From assembly GCF_011745625.1 (NCBI RefSeq), contig NW_027191492.1:62001-126000 (forward strand): a DNA stretch of 64,000 bases, written 5' to 3'. The notes under the pieces are model-generated. The model ran no database searches, was not told where the DNA came from, and worked only from the letters and a program-made list of their open reading frames with translations. This document shows positions 23,671 to 35,908 of the stretch, one piece after another. This DNA comes from Cladosporium halotolerans. Lineage: Eukaryota. The first letter of the stretch is position 1. Every line of letters starts with the position of its first letter. The position numbers and the translations under genes were made by a program.

Positions 23671-26458
23671 ATGGCAAAAGCCGACGAGCTCACCGACGAG
23701 CAATCGCTTCCTCTGACCTACCACGAAGACGGGGCGAGTCCGGACGAAACACCGCGGAGATCGATCGACACCGTGTCAACAACCTCCCTCGTCCTGGAGA
23801 ATGTGTCGCATAAGGCCGCAAAGGAGTCCTTGTACCGCGATGGTCCGCCCGCAGATGAGATGGAAATGGACGATCAGCTGGCATGGCAGCGGACAGTGAA
23901 GCCCGCGGACAAGAAGGCGAGGAGGGTGCTGTATGGCCTTGTTGCGCTTGGTGTCGTCGGATGGGTGGCAGCGCTGTTCTTGTTTCTCGGCCAGGATAGA
24001 CACGTGCCGCATTCCGCTAGACCTCACGACCCGCATGCGACGGCGACTGTCGGCAGTGGAAAGAAGGTCACCCTCGATCAGGTCCTGGGTGGCGACTGGT
24101 ATGCGATCAGCCACGCCATTCGGTGGATCGCCGGAACCGAGGAGGGTGAAGATGGCTTGCTGCTGGAGCGCGACGGCGGGGCAGGGAGGGATTACCTGGT
24201 CGTGGAAGATGTCAGGTTCCGAGGAGAGAGCTTCGATGTTCAAAAGGCGCACAGCAAGACGCTCATGAAGCAAGGCACATTCTGGGTTGGCCAGTCTGAA
24301 GTTCGTACGAACGAAGCCTGGCCCAACTCCGACCACACGAAAGTGCTGGTCCGCAGCGATTTTGAGAAGCTGTACAGACACAGCAGCTTCGGCAGATACT
24401 GGATTTTTGATGTTGAGACACAGGAAGGCGAAGCTCTGGACCCGGGTAATGTCGACGGACGCGTGCAAACGGCGAGTTGGTCGCCCAATGGTGATGCTGT
24501 TGTGTTTACCCGGGACAACAACATGTTTATCCGACACTTGGATTCGGATGTCGTGCAGTCCATTACAGAAGATGGTGGAGCTAACCTCTTCTACGGTGTC
24601 CCTGACTGGGTCTACGAAGAAGAGGTCTTCGCGGGTTCCAGTGCGACTTGGTGGTCTGGGGATGGAAAGTACGTCGCGTTCCTCCGGACTGACGAGAGTC
24701 GGGTACCCACATTCCCGGTTCAGTACTTCTTCTCCCGCCCGTCAGGCAAGCAGCCTAGACCTGGCGAAGAGAGATATCCCGAGACCAGTCTCATCAAATA
24801 TCCCAAGGCCGGAGCTCCCATGAGCGTTGTGACTCTGCAGATCTACGACGTTAATAGAGGCGAGGTCTTCGAAGTTCCGATTGACGACGACTTTGAGGAC
24901 GACGACCGTCTCATCACCGAGGTTCTTTGGGCAGGCAAGACCGGAAAGCTGCTCGTACGATCCACCAACCGCGAAAGTGATGTCTTGAAGTTCATCCTGA
25001 TCGATGCTGCCGCCAGGACTGGCAAGACGGTCCGCGAGCGCGATGTTCAACAGCTTGATGGTGGCTGGTTTGAGATCTCGGAGACCACGACCTTTGTGCC
25101 GAACAATGTGAACGACATGGAAGGCCGCAAGAAGGACTATCTCCGCAGGCATGACGGGTACATTGATACAGTTATTCACAACGGCTACGATCATCTTGCT
25201 TACTTTGCTCCACTCGATAACCCAGAGCCAAGGATGTTGACTGAGGGCAATTGGGAGGTTGTCAAGGCTCCGGCGGCAATCGATCTTGACTGGAATCTCG
25301 TCTACTTCATTGCCACCAAAGCCGATAGCACGGAGCGCCACCTTTACAGCGTTGACCTCAACGTCGGGCCTTCCAGCATCAAAGACGTCACTGAGCAGAA
25401 TGTCATCGGCTACTACGATGTCAGCTTCTCAGACCGGGCTGGCTTCATGCTGCTCACCTACAAGGGCCCCGACATCCCTTGGCAGAAGATCGTTTCGGCT
25501 CCAGGCGAGCGACGCGATCTGACCGACATTACTTTGGAGGAGAACAAAATGCTCGCTGAGTTGGCGAGTAAGACGGAGCTCCCGATCGAACTCTACTATA
25601 CCGTCAACGTCGATGGCTTTGACCTGAATGTCGTTGAGCGCCGTCCTCCGCACTTTGACCCCAGCGGCAAGAAGAAGTATCCTGTCTTGTTCTACCTCTA
25701 CAACGGCCCGGGCTTCCAGGAGGTCGACCGCCGTTTCATGATCAACTTCCAGTCCTACGTTGCCTCTACCCTTGGCTACGTTGTCGTCACAGTTGATGGC
25801 CGCGGCACCGGCTACCTAGGCCGTGCGCACCGATGCATCATCCGCGGCAATCTTGGATACTGGGAAGCCAAAGACCAGATCGCCGTCGCCAAAGAATTTG
25901 CAGCGAAGAAGTACGTGGACGCAGAGAAGATCGCCATCTGGGGCTGGTCCTACGGTGGTTTCATGACGCTGAAGACCCTCGAGATGGACGCTGGCCAGAC
26001 CTTCAAGTACGGCATGGCCGTCGCACCAGTCACCGACTGGCGCTTCTACGACTCCGTTTACACCGAGAGGTACATGCATACGCCCCAGCGCAACCCTGAT
26101 GGCTACAACAACGCCACCATCAACAACATGACTGCTCTCAGCCAGAACGTCAAGTTCCTCGTCATGCATGGTTACAGCGACGATAATGTGCATTTCCAGA
26201 ATACCCTCCAGCTGCTGGACAAGCTGGATCAGGCAGGTGTGAAGAATTATGATGTGCACGTGTTCCCGGACAGCGATCACAGTATCTATTTCCACAACGC
26301 GAACCGCATTGTATACGAGAGTAAGTGGCTCAATACGCTTTCAGATTAGAGATGACAAAGCTGACTTCATTGCAGAGTTGAGCGACTGGCTTGTCAACGC
26401 CTTCAATGGCGAGTGGCTGAGGACCGACGCCCCGAAGCCTCTACCGCTGGGCGGATGA
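23671..26458 (+). CDS. dapB: Dipeptidyl aminopeptidase B (DPP IV, S9B); intron 26321-26375
   Basis: N-terminal TM anchor; PDWVYEEE, YPKAG, GWSYGG nucleophile, DDNVHFQN, DSDHSI. Confidence 0.95.
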
Positions 26459-26694
26459 GGTATTGTAATGAATCGAAATTTTTATCTGATCACTTTCGCG
26501 CATCATCAAAAGCATTCTGCAGTCTTCCAGCATCGGATAGCATGCTGCCCCAGAAGTGAAGTCCATCATCGAGCGCCAAGCTTTGCGACTCGCTAGCGCG
26601 AACATGACGCTCCACGCTTCAGATGTATTCGGTCCGTCCCAGCTCAATCTTGCGGCAAGCGATCCTTAGCAATTCTAAACAATGACACAGCACA

Positions 26695-27423
26695 ATGAAC
26701 GGGCCTGTAGGCGCGTCAAACAACACCAACGGCCTTGCAGCATCATGTGACGATATCGCAGACCGAAGCCCGTCACAGAGCACAGACAAGAACTATGCAG
26801 TCACGGAATCTCTCTACGCCCTACCTTCGGAATGCCGCGCCATGACCGCCACGTTCAATACCACAGAGCTTCTCGAACACATCCTAAATTATCTTGCACC
26901 TCTTCAACTCCTCCGAGCAAAGGCAGTATGTCGGAATCTTAGAAACGCCATAGGATCTTCGCCCGCTCTTCGACGACAAATGAACACTTACATCCGCCTC
27001 GGCGCTATCGATGAGAGCATTTTGTCCAAATCTGATGCAGGCGGTGACATCGCTTACCCTGTCGACACTATCGAGCCTCTGGCTTTCTTTTACCCCTCGG
27101 ACGCTGAGCGGAGACTTTTCGTGCGCTTCTCCGTCGATCAGAAGAGATTTCGGCAATTACAGCAATCGAGCAGCTTCAGGCGCTTGATTGTTGTCGACCA
27201 GCCGTTGACAGATATCAATGTTGGCTGGCATTGTGGCTGCTTTGCGGAAACGAGGTCGGAAGCGAAACTCGACGTTGAGCATGGCAAAGCTACTTTTGGA
27301 GACTTGTTCTTTGCTGTGGAGCGCAAACATAAAGGCGAAGGCTGTGAGCCTTGCTCTAGTATGATCAAATTCTGGCTCGATGGGTCGTGGAGCGAGAGTC
27401 GGGAGATGCGGGAGTTTTGTTGA
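26695..27423 (+). CDS. F-box domain protein (start possibly 26842)
   Basis: FNTTELLEHILNYLAPLQLLRAKAVCRNLRNAIGSSPALR is a typical fungal F-box. Confidence 0.7.
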   Translation: MNGPVGASNNTNGLAASCDDIADRSPSQSTDKNYAVTESLYALPSECRAMTATFNTTELLEHILNYLAPLQLLRAKAVCRNLRNAIGSSPALRRQMNTYIRLGAIDESILSKSDAGGDIAYPVDTIEPLAFFYPSDAERRLFVRFSVDQKRFRQLQQSSSFRRLIVVDQPLTDINVGWHCGCFAETRSEAKLDVEHGKATFGDLFFAVERKHKGEGCEPCSSMIKFWLDGSWSESREMREFC

Positions 27424-27643
27424 CGACAGTGGGTGGAGTGATTGCGGTGGTGGTGGGTAATGTCTGCTGAGATGGCGACGGCAGACTTCATTGGGAATGC
27501 TGCCGCTGGATATGATGCACCTCCTAGAGAGATAATGGAGGGATGAGTCCTAAAGTCGAGATACAAAATAAAATAACCTCATTTTCTGGCTCAGCTTTTC
27601 CAACTCAATCTTGCTGCCATCGATCAACATATCATGATCATCC

Positions 27644-28309
27644 TCATTGAGAGTTGCCGTTGGCGTTGAGCACGAGCTCATTAGTCCCATCCTCCTTCGC
27701 CTGCAACTCAAAACTCCTGAATCCAGCCTTCGGCAGATCAATCTCCTGATCCCCAGTAAGAAACTTCATGAACACCCCGTGAGTAACGACGATCACATTC
27801 CTTCTCTCCCCCCCTCCGTCTTCAATGCCATCCAGCACCTTCCTCAAAGATCCTCTCACCCTCCCCGCGCGCGCTGACACAGCTGCGTCGTCCGCCGCGA
27901 ATCCACCAGTCTTCGCCGGCCACACCTGTCCCAGCGCACGGAAGTCCAGACCTGGAAACTCCGCTTCTAGCTCCGCGGCAGAAGATCCAGTATCGCATGG
28001 CTCAGCGCTGCGCTCCTGCAGCTCGGGGTCTAAAAGTAATTTAGCGCCGTTCGCCACGCCCTTGCCAGATTCCGACGAGTAGTAGCGTTCGTCCAGGATC
28101 ATTCCGAAGCCGGAGAGCGTGGTTTGAATTGCGCGACGGAGGGGCGAGGTGATCATCACGGCGATGTTGGAGGGGTTTGGGACTGTCTGGGAGAGAGTGG
28201 CTGCTTGGGTGAAGCCGAGGGAAGTGAGGGGCGGATCGCGGTGGGAGAAGTCTTTCGATACGTTGTGGGCTGCCTCGGCGTGCCGGACGATGTGGATTGT
28301 GGAAGGCAT
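27644..28309 (-). CDS. Histidine phosphatase (phosphoglycerate mutase-like)
   Basis: HIVRHAEAAHN, DPPLTSLG, SPLRRAIQT, LQE, PCDTGS, VVTHG. Confidence 0.9.
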   Translation of the reverse strand: MPSTIHIVRHAEAAHNVSKDFSHRDPPLTSLGFTQAATLSQTVPNPSNIAVMITSPLRRAIQTTLSGFGMILDERYYSSESGKGVANGAKLLLDPELQERSAEPCDTGSSAAELEAEFPGLDFRALGQVWPAKTGGFAADDAAVSARAGRVRGSLRKVLDGIEDGGGERRNVIVVTHGVFMKFLTGDQEIDLPKAGFRSFELQAKEDGTNELVLNANGNSQ

Positions 28310-29018
28310 CGTTCCGGGACTCGGGGTGAAATGACCTTGCGAGCTACAGGTGCTTTGAATATTGCGACGAGATCAAAAGTTTATTTGCGAGGCGCATGTG
28401 CGTGTTTATGGGAAAACCACGATGTGATCGTGTTTTCGAAGATAAATCTGTGTCCTAGGCATGGTGGACAGTGACGCAGCCGAATTATAAGGATGACAAC
28501 AACAACACCTTGGATGGCGCCATACGGTTTACCTTGGCATCGCGGAGGATACTTTATAGCTAGCAACGCTGATTGGCTGATAGGGAGGACCTCGAGCCAC
28601 AACACGGTAGACTGAGTTCCTTGGCTGGTGCTCCACCTGTATATATAGCGAGGACTGACATTCCCTGTTGACGACTGAGCTGCAAGTTGCACCAATACGA
28701 TAAGTCCACTTCAAACCATCCTGCGGGACCCACTTGCTTCTAGAAAAGGGTCTTGAGTCTGTCGCCAAGTAGCGCTCCTGACATCAGCGAAATGAAGCAA
28801 TCCTAGGACTGCAACGGGGCTTGAGCCTGTGAGCGCTTGCATGTTACCATGAGATGCCTGCAAGGTCATGCTCGTCTTGTTTTCAAAAGAAAAGCCAACA
28901 TACCGAAACAGGTATTACGCGAGTCTACAACTACTGTAACGTAGGGAGGTCAGAAAGAGAATCGCTGTAGGGACAAAAGAAAGGTCCCCAATCTTCAAGG
29001 AACAAACAACATCTGAAC

Positions 29019-31781
29019 TCAACATGCCTTCCTCGCCCAGCCAACTAGGCACCTCCAACCTGCCCGCCCATCGCCTCTCCCGGCACTGTCCAAAGCCCTA
29101 CCGACGCCCTCCAGACCTTCTTCTTCCTCCCTACCCATCTCGCAGGCGAGCTTCAACAACCACTGCTCCCATGCCCTAGCGCCAACCAGGCCAGTGATGG
29201 CGCGAACATCCTTCGTCGAGCCAGTGAGAGGCGGCTCGTACACCACGACATCGCCGGTGGGGCTGATGGAACGCTCGGGGCCGAAATACTCTTCGCGTGC
29301 AGCGACGACGGTCGACGTCGAAGAGCCCGAAGAGACGGTAGATTTGCCAGTGTCAGTCCAGGTTGGCGAGACGTCGGCGACCGGGAGGACCATCCAAGCG
29401 CGCTTGATCTCCTGGAAGCCGGAGCGCTTGAGACGGGGAAGGAAGGTCTTGCCGCTAGCTGGGTCGTAACCGCGTGTGCGAAGCTTGAAAGAGAACTCAA
29501 CGCCTAGGGCTTGAGCCGCAGCGTCTGGGTGCACGAGCTCGGCATCGAGGAGGTCGAATTCGAGGTAGCCGCCGGGCTTCAGGACGCGAAGGCACTCCTG
29601 CAAGGTAAGGTCCCACTCGTCGACGACCTCGCCATTTGGCACGAGAGTACGTAGGTGAGAATAGAGAGTGCGGGCAGAGACAACGTCGAAGTGATTTGGT
29701 GGAAATGGCAGACACCATGTCCTCGGAGCGGCAACGACAGAGTGGTTCATTGGGCCTTCCAAAGAGGAAGACAGTACGTGCGCTTCCGCATCGGTCGAGA
29801 CAGTTGTAAAGACTTGGGCCTGCGGGTGGGACGTGGCAACATCCCATGCCCAGCTGCAGTGGGCTTGGCCACCGAGGTCCAAAATGCGAACGTCGGACCG
29901 ATTCTTGAAGGTGGCAACGATGGGTGAAGTCAACAGTGCACCTCCATGCAACTCCCTCTTCGCGTCCGTGTGCCATGTTGAAGGTTGCAACTGTTGAAGA
30001 GCCTGGCGCTCACGCTCAGCGCAAGCGATGATTTCCTTTTGTTCATCATCTTCGATGGCTGCCGGTAGAAAAGAGGAGATCGGACGAGCTTGTGAAGGGC
30101 GGATTGCAGCAGTCAACTCGAATTTACCCTGCAATTGCTCGGCATGCTGTTTCCCAGCACTGTTGCGGCGAACGTGTTCGGCCTCGGCGCGCATTTGGCG
30201 GTGCTGAAACACATCACGAGCACGCTGTGAGCGCTTGGTGTGCTTGAAGCCGGCCCAGAATGTGCCGTCATGAATTGGTGAAATGCGCTTCTTGATCTTC
30301 TCCTCTGTTGCTTCGCTTGCTTCAGAGCTTTCCACGAAGCGGACTGATTTCTTACTCTGAGGTGACGAATTGTTCGATGGAGGAGTCGGCCTGTCAGGAG
30401 TGGTGGGTACAGCGCCATCAATGTGTCTGAAGCTTTCGATGACTTCATCGTCTGAGCACAAATTGTCGATGTAGGCCTTCTGGGTACACAGCCAAAGCTG
30501 AGTTCGATCGATGTTGGCGGACGCAGTCTTCTCCAGATTGTCTTGATATGTTTCGTCGATCTCGTCAACTTCGGTGATGACTTCCGAAGGTGAAAATGCG
30601 CCACGGCGGGCGGTGATTGGATCTTGCCTGTCTGAAAGTGGAGATGCGAGAGCTACAGTATGCTCAACCGGGTTCTCTGGTCGCTTAGCCCAAGGCACGC
30701 CGTAGAACGAGGTTGCGGTGCTGGTGGGAAGACTTGGTGGTGTTGACGGCCTGAAGGGAACGCCGTAGAACTCTGCAGCAGTGCTCGTGTTGGGCACGAC
30801 TTCCGAGCCAGACCAAGTTCGTCGTCCAAGAGATGCATCAATCGAGGAGAAGAATCCACCAGGCGATGGTACAGAAAGGGCAGATAGCTCATCATCAGCG
30901 TCACCTGCGCTGCTAGGCTCCAGAGACTGGTCATCGGTCTTCAATTGCAAGGCGAAGCGAGGAGATTCAACGATTTCGCGCATTTCAGAGACTGCCTCTT
31001 CCGGAACTTCGATGACAGTCTCGAGAGGGCGCTCTTCCTCGGTGTTGAGATGTTGGAGCATGGTGATTGCCGACGGCTCAAGCTGGATGGATGCTTCCCA
31101 AACATTCTCGGTGTCATGTTGGGTAATATCAGGGGTTGATGGGCAACTGCTCAGAGCGAGCTCTTCCGAAGTCATGCTTCCATCGAGGGATGGCGCTGAA
31201 GTGGTATTTGGCACTCGCAGATTGCGATCCTGAAAGTGGGCCAGCACTGCAGGTGATAGCTGAACTTGCTGGCCTGGTGAGAGGGGCGTCGTCGCTGACT
31301 TCAGCTTTTGAATCGTCGGCCACTGGCTCGGTGACGGGATGACGATAGATGGGAACCTTGACTTTGGAACGCTCGCGACACGCCGTTTAACGGAGCTCGA
31401 AAGCTTGATCGGGAAATCTTCATTTTCACTGCTTGAGAGGTCGTAAAGTTCGTCGAATTCACTGCGCGAGCTCCGCTGGCTCCAAGTCGAGTTTCGGTCC
31501 GATTGAGTGTCTGATGAAGCTGGCGAGGCTGGAACATCCTGCACGGGAGGGTAAAGAGTGGTTACCGAGCTACTACTCGATGGAATCGCTCTCGGTGTTG
31601 GGAAATCATCGCTCATGGGTGATACGATGCCAGATTTGGCAACGGGCGCCTTGGGTGGCACGCGGCGGATGGAGACTTGAGGCATATCCTCGATCACAGT
31701 ATTGCGGAGAGACATTCGTCGTTCTCGCGCCGGCGCCGTCCACGTTGAAGACAGGAGACTTGCGTTGGTCATGTCTCCCAT
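29019..31781 (-). CDS. Ser/Pro-rich protein with C-terminal class I SAM methyltransferase-like domain (5' end uncertain)
   Basis: 973-aa ORF; ILDLGG, LPFPPNHFDVVS, ECLRVLKPGGYLEF, GWARK. Confidence 0.82.
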   Translation of the reverse strand: MGDMTNASLLSSTWTAPARERRMSLRNTVIEDMPQVSIRRVPPKAPVAKSGIVSPMSDDFPTPRAIPSSSSSVTTLYPPVQDVPASPASSDTQSDRNSTWSQRSSRSEFDELYDLSSSENEDFPIKLSSSVKRRVASVPKSRFPSIVIPSPSQWPTIQKLKSATTPLSPGQQVQLSPAVLAHFQDRNLRVPNTTSAPSLDGSMTSEELALSSCPSTPDITQHDTENVWEASIQLEPSAITMLQHLNTEEERPLETVIEVPEEAVSEMREIVESPRFALQLKTDDQSLEPSSAGDADDELSALSVPSPGGFFSSIDASLGRRTWSGSEVVPNTSTAAEFYGVPFRPSTPPSLPTSTATSFYGVPWAKRPENPVEHTVALASPLSDRQDPITARRGAFSPSEVITEVDEIDETYQDNLEKTASANIDRTQLWLCTQKAYIDNLCSDDEVIESFRHIDGAVPTTPDRPTPPSNNSSPQSKKSVRFVESSEASEATEEKIKKRISPIHDGTFWAGFKHTKRSQRARDVFQHRQMRAEAEHVRRNSAGKQHAEQLQGKFELTAAIRPSQARPISSFLPAAIEDDEQKEIIACAERERQALQQLQPSTWHTDAKRELHGGALLTSPIVATFKNRSDVRILDLGGQAHCSWAWDVATSHPQAQVFTTVSTDAEAHVLSSSLEGPMNHSVVAAPRTWCLPFPPNHFDVVSARTLYSHLRTLVPNGEVVDEWDLTLQECLRVLKPGGYLEFDLLDAELVHPDAAAQALGVEFSFKLRTRGYDPASGKTFLPRLKRSGFQEIKRAWMVLPVADVSPTWTDTGKSTVSSGSSTSTVVAAREEYFGPERSISPTGDVVVYEPPLTGSTKDVRAITGLVGARAWEQWLLKLACEMGREEEEGLEGVGRALDSAGRGDGRAGWRCLVGWARKAC

Positions 31782-32728
31782 TGCTGTGGCTTGAAGACCT
31801 TGTATCTGTTTTCGTGAGTGAATGTGAACCGACCAGCGGTGTGCGAAATGAAGGTTGTGTTCGTCCAGCGAACGGGGATAAGGAAACCCAAGAGCAAGGA
31901 AAGAACAAAGTGAAAGGTCCGGGAAATACACGCGCCGCAAAAAAGTATACAGTATGAGAGAGCGGAAGGAAGAGGCTGCAGATCACGCGGCCGCTGGCCT
32001 TATACTTGACCTCTGCGAGCGTGGCGACAGCCGCCGCGGTCGCGTCGCGCAAACGGCCATGCGGCGGTTAGCAAGATGACATAGGTAGCCGTGCAGGCGT
32101 GCCGGGAGGCTGTGGTGGTCAAGGCTGGCGCTACGGTAGAGGCTCACACGGGCGATGGGAGAGCCGTTGGGCTGGTTGGCGCCGTGAATGGCCTTTGCCT
32201 CGAATACGGCAGAGGGCCGGGCCACGACCTGGCCTAGAAGAGGCAGCGGGTGTATGCAAGCCGATTGCTCAACATCGAATGACTGCGGCAGGATGCAGGC
32301 AAGCGCTCGAGGTCTGCAACATTTGCTGGATGGGCGCTTACAGCTGGCCAATGAATGCGCGTACACCCGGTGCACGGCATGGCCCACTACCATCATTTAT
32401 TGACAAGCCCTTGGCCGACCTGAGAGTGTCCATGGCCGTGACTGGAGTACAGCATGGGTGGTGGTGGGTAGAAGCAGTTTCTCGTTTACATGTAGAGGTA
32501 CATGAGATGTGCTGGAAGGTCACGATGGGATGAAGTCGATGTCGCTGGTCGGGCGGCGGCGGCGGCTCTCGCCGCCCGGAACAGCCCACCTGCGCGCAGC
32601 TCGAACCCCACGTACAGGGTGACGTAGATGTTGAGCGAAAAGTCACGAACAACGACACAACAGGAGCTTGACACTTACCGCTTGATCTACGCTGGTTTAC
32701 ATACGCTTCACCCTCAGTCGCATTCACC

Positions 32729-33682
32729 ATGGCGCCTCCAGCATTCATCGCTCCCTCCATCCTCAGCGCCGACTTTGGCTCCCTGGGCAAGGCATGCTCC
32801 GACACTATCGGCCATGGAGCAGACTGGCTGCACGTGGACATCATGGACGGCCACTTCGTCCCTAACATCACGTTCGGCGCGCCTGTGGTCACAAAGATTC
32901 GTCCGCACGTCGAGAGGCCTGCAGAGGCTTACGGGAAAGGCACCTTCGACTGCCATATGATGATCGCTGAGGTACGGCATGCTCGTGTCGGAAGGATCAG
33001 CTTTGAGATGGGGTCCGCGGGATAAGACGGAGATTCCATTTCCTAAAGACTCCACTCAAAGGGACCACTTGCACGACATGAACAACCAGCTAACCAACTC
33101 CAGTAGCCAAAGAAATGGGTCAAGGACTTCCAGAAGGCCGGCTGCGACCTCTACTGCTTCCACTACGAGGCCGCCATCGACTCCACCGCCGCCGACTCCC
33201 CCGAAGCCACCAGCGACAAGAAGACCAACCCCAAGGAGCTCATCAAGTACATCCACAGCCTCGGCATGCGCGCCGGAATTGCCATTAAGCCTAAGACAGA
33301 CGTCAGCGTGCTGTATGACATCTTGGATAATGAGGATAAGGATGCGGTGCCTGATGTGAGTCGCTACCGTGTTGGATGTCGTGGAGTGTGAGGATCAATA
33401 GGTAGCTGACGCCATTGTGTACAGATGGCGCTCGTCATGACTGTCGAGCCTGGGTTCGGTGGCCAGAAATTCATGCCCGATATGATGCCCAAGGTCGAGG
33501 CTCTGCGCAAGCGCTACCCCGAGCTGAACATCGAGGTCGACGGTGGACTGGCTGAGGGCACGATCGATACCGCTGCTGAGGCTGGTGCCAACGTCATCGT
33601 CGCTGGCAGTGCAGTGTTCGGTGCCAAGGACCCGAGCGAGGTGATTGCGAAGCTCAGGGAAGCTGTTGAGAAGAGAAGGTGA
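32729..33682 (+). CDS. RPE1: Ribulose-phosphate 3-epimerase; introns 32972-33106, 33356-33424
   Basis: [55 protein letters not shown]. Confidence 0.97.
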
Positions 33683-34283
33683 CTGCATGACGCCCACAAA
33701 TGCACAGAAGCGAGGCGCGAAACGGGAAAATTGTGAGCGTTGTAGATGACATTGCATACGAGTTGACGAATGATAGATCTTGTTCTACAATTTGCTTGAG
33801 ACACGGCGCTCATCATCGATCGCGCCGTCAATGTTTGACGCAGTCCAGTCGTTGATCGTGCTCTTGATGTATGCGCAGATGCATGCGACGAAACAGCCTT
33901 GCCAATGCAGCTACCGTTTGGGATTAAGCCTTTGTCTTCCAGCCCTAATCCCACTCCTCTACTGCAACACACGGCGGTTGTTCAAAGACGCTTGATAGTT
34001 ACTTAGACACACCAGCATGTGCCTTGGTGGTAGCTATCTGAAGATCTGGTGATTTTGGAGAAGGCGTGGCTATCTCCGAAGCATCACTTAACTCCGATCG
34101 AGGGTCACAAGCAAGCCGCGCCTTTAAGACGGCGTTTAGGTGTTCCGCGGATTGTACAATAAGTACAAGAAAAGATAAATCACTGGTCTGAATCGACGTT
34201 GGCCTGCGATTATTGTAGATCCGCAATCGCGTGGTGCAAAAGTCGTTATCAAGTTCCTCAACTTAACAACACACAACATCAAG

Positions 34284-35097
34284 ATGTCAGGTCCAACAGG
34301 TAACAGCAGACTTGTAGCGCTCATCACGGGAGGTGCGATGAAAATCGATGACTATCGGTGAGCATAGGCTAATGAGACCAGCGAACAGTGGCATCGGCTT
34401 CGAGCTCGCTCGTCAGCTTCTCGCGAAGACGGCCCCAAGATGGCACGTTCTACTCGGATGCCGTTCATCGGAGAAAGGCCAGAAAGCGGCAGTGGACCTC
34501 CAAGCCGAGGGTCTACATGGAACGGTCGAGTTCCTCCATCTGGACGTTTCCGACGACGTATCTGTCATTCGCGCTGCGGAGGACGCATCTGCTTTGCACG
34601 GCAAGGTCGACGTCGTCGTGAACAACGCCGGGTTCTGTTACAGTGGCGAGCGAACACGCCAAAGCATGCACGCCAGTTTCGATACAAATGTCGTAGGCCC
34701 GATGCGCGTCGTTGAAGCTTTCGCTCCGCTGCTGCAGAAGTCCGACTCCCGCTACGGGCCTCGCATTGTCAACGTCTCTTCTCGAGCTGGCTCGATCAGT
34801 CACAGATCGAACAAGGACAGTGTGGTGTACAACAGTGCTGTGACCGAATACAGAACTTCCAAGGCTGCTCTGAACATGCTCTCTGCTTGTCAGGTATGGG
34901 AGTATGGGAAGCTGGGGATTAAGACATTTGTGTATTGCCCTGGATTCACCGTATCCAATCTCACGGATTTTGCGACGGCTGACCGTGGAGCGCAGCCAGT
35001 GAGTGAGGGTGCCAGGCCAATTGTGGACATTATTGAGGGTAAGAGAGATGACGAAGAGGGCTCGTTCCTAATCGACGGAGGCGTCACAGATTGGTGA
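34284..35097 (+). CDS. Classical short-chain dehydrogenase/reductase; intron 34333-34381
   Basis: Spliced LITGANSGIG, VNNAG, IVNVSS, YRTSK, CPG. Confidence 0.9.
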
Positions 35098-35908
35098 TGC
35101 TGGCAAATCCGCGACTTCTGTTCTGCCGAAATCTTGATCACAGGCTCACTCTGTCGTCAAACTTCCTGCACCATATTCCTGATGCGAATTCAAAGATTCT
35201 CAAGCCTTGTTTGCCTCCACAGCGTGACACCACATCTCATATCCCTCGCTTGAGGCTTACACAAAGTGAACTGACTACGAAGCAAACCAAATGGCAACCG
35301 CAGCACCGACGAGGACCCTCACGGCCATTTGGAAACGACCCATTCCCTGCGCAGCTGCGCCCATGTGTGCAAACGCCCAACAGGTACCATCTTGCTGGCT
35401 TTCTTCAATGCCTGGCTGAACACTGAAACTTACGAGCCTGTGTGGAAGCGTACCACAGGTGCCCTCAGGCCCGTGCTCAAGCCGTACCAGTCTCGAAATA
35501 CGTCTTCTTCCGGGTCTAGGTCTCTGCAGTCTGATCCACCGTACAGGTTCGAACGTGTTGTACTGCAAGTTGGCGGCGTCGAACATTCAAGAGGCGTGCT
35601 TTAGCGGGATGGGTCGATATTACTGATGCGGCGGTGTTTGATCGTCATTGTTGTCCAAGGCAAGACGCTGGAGCCAAGAGAGCGAAGCGCCGCCAAGGCG
35701 GCTACTGTGACCAACCGAAAGAATGCAAGACCATTGAAGCGGCTTGCTAAGGCAAGAAGTTTACTGTGTGGTATGCTATGCACTGCTTGTATCTTGACCT
35801 CTGTCGTTGCTTTGCTGTGCCTTGCTACCAACACGTGCAAGTGCCGATTATACACGAGGCTCTCAGAAAGCGCTCGACTGCCGATCGAACATTGTTTCTC
35901 GTTTGCAT

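Noticed and set aside
23671..26458. Functional link between dapB and the KR-DP/KR-EA precursor at 51 kb
   Set aside because: 25 kb apart across housekeeping genes; dapB is a common gene, so linkage is probably chance
35098..35908. Short ORFs and splice-like signals between the SDR and the carboxylesterase
   Set aside because: Could not assemble a consistent gene model or recognisable product
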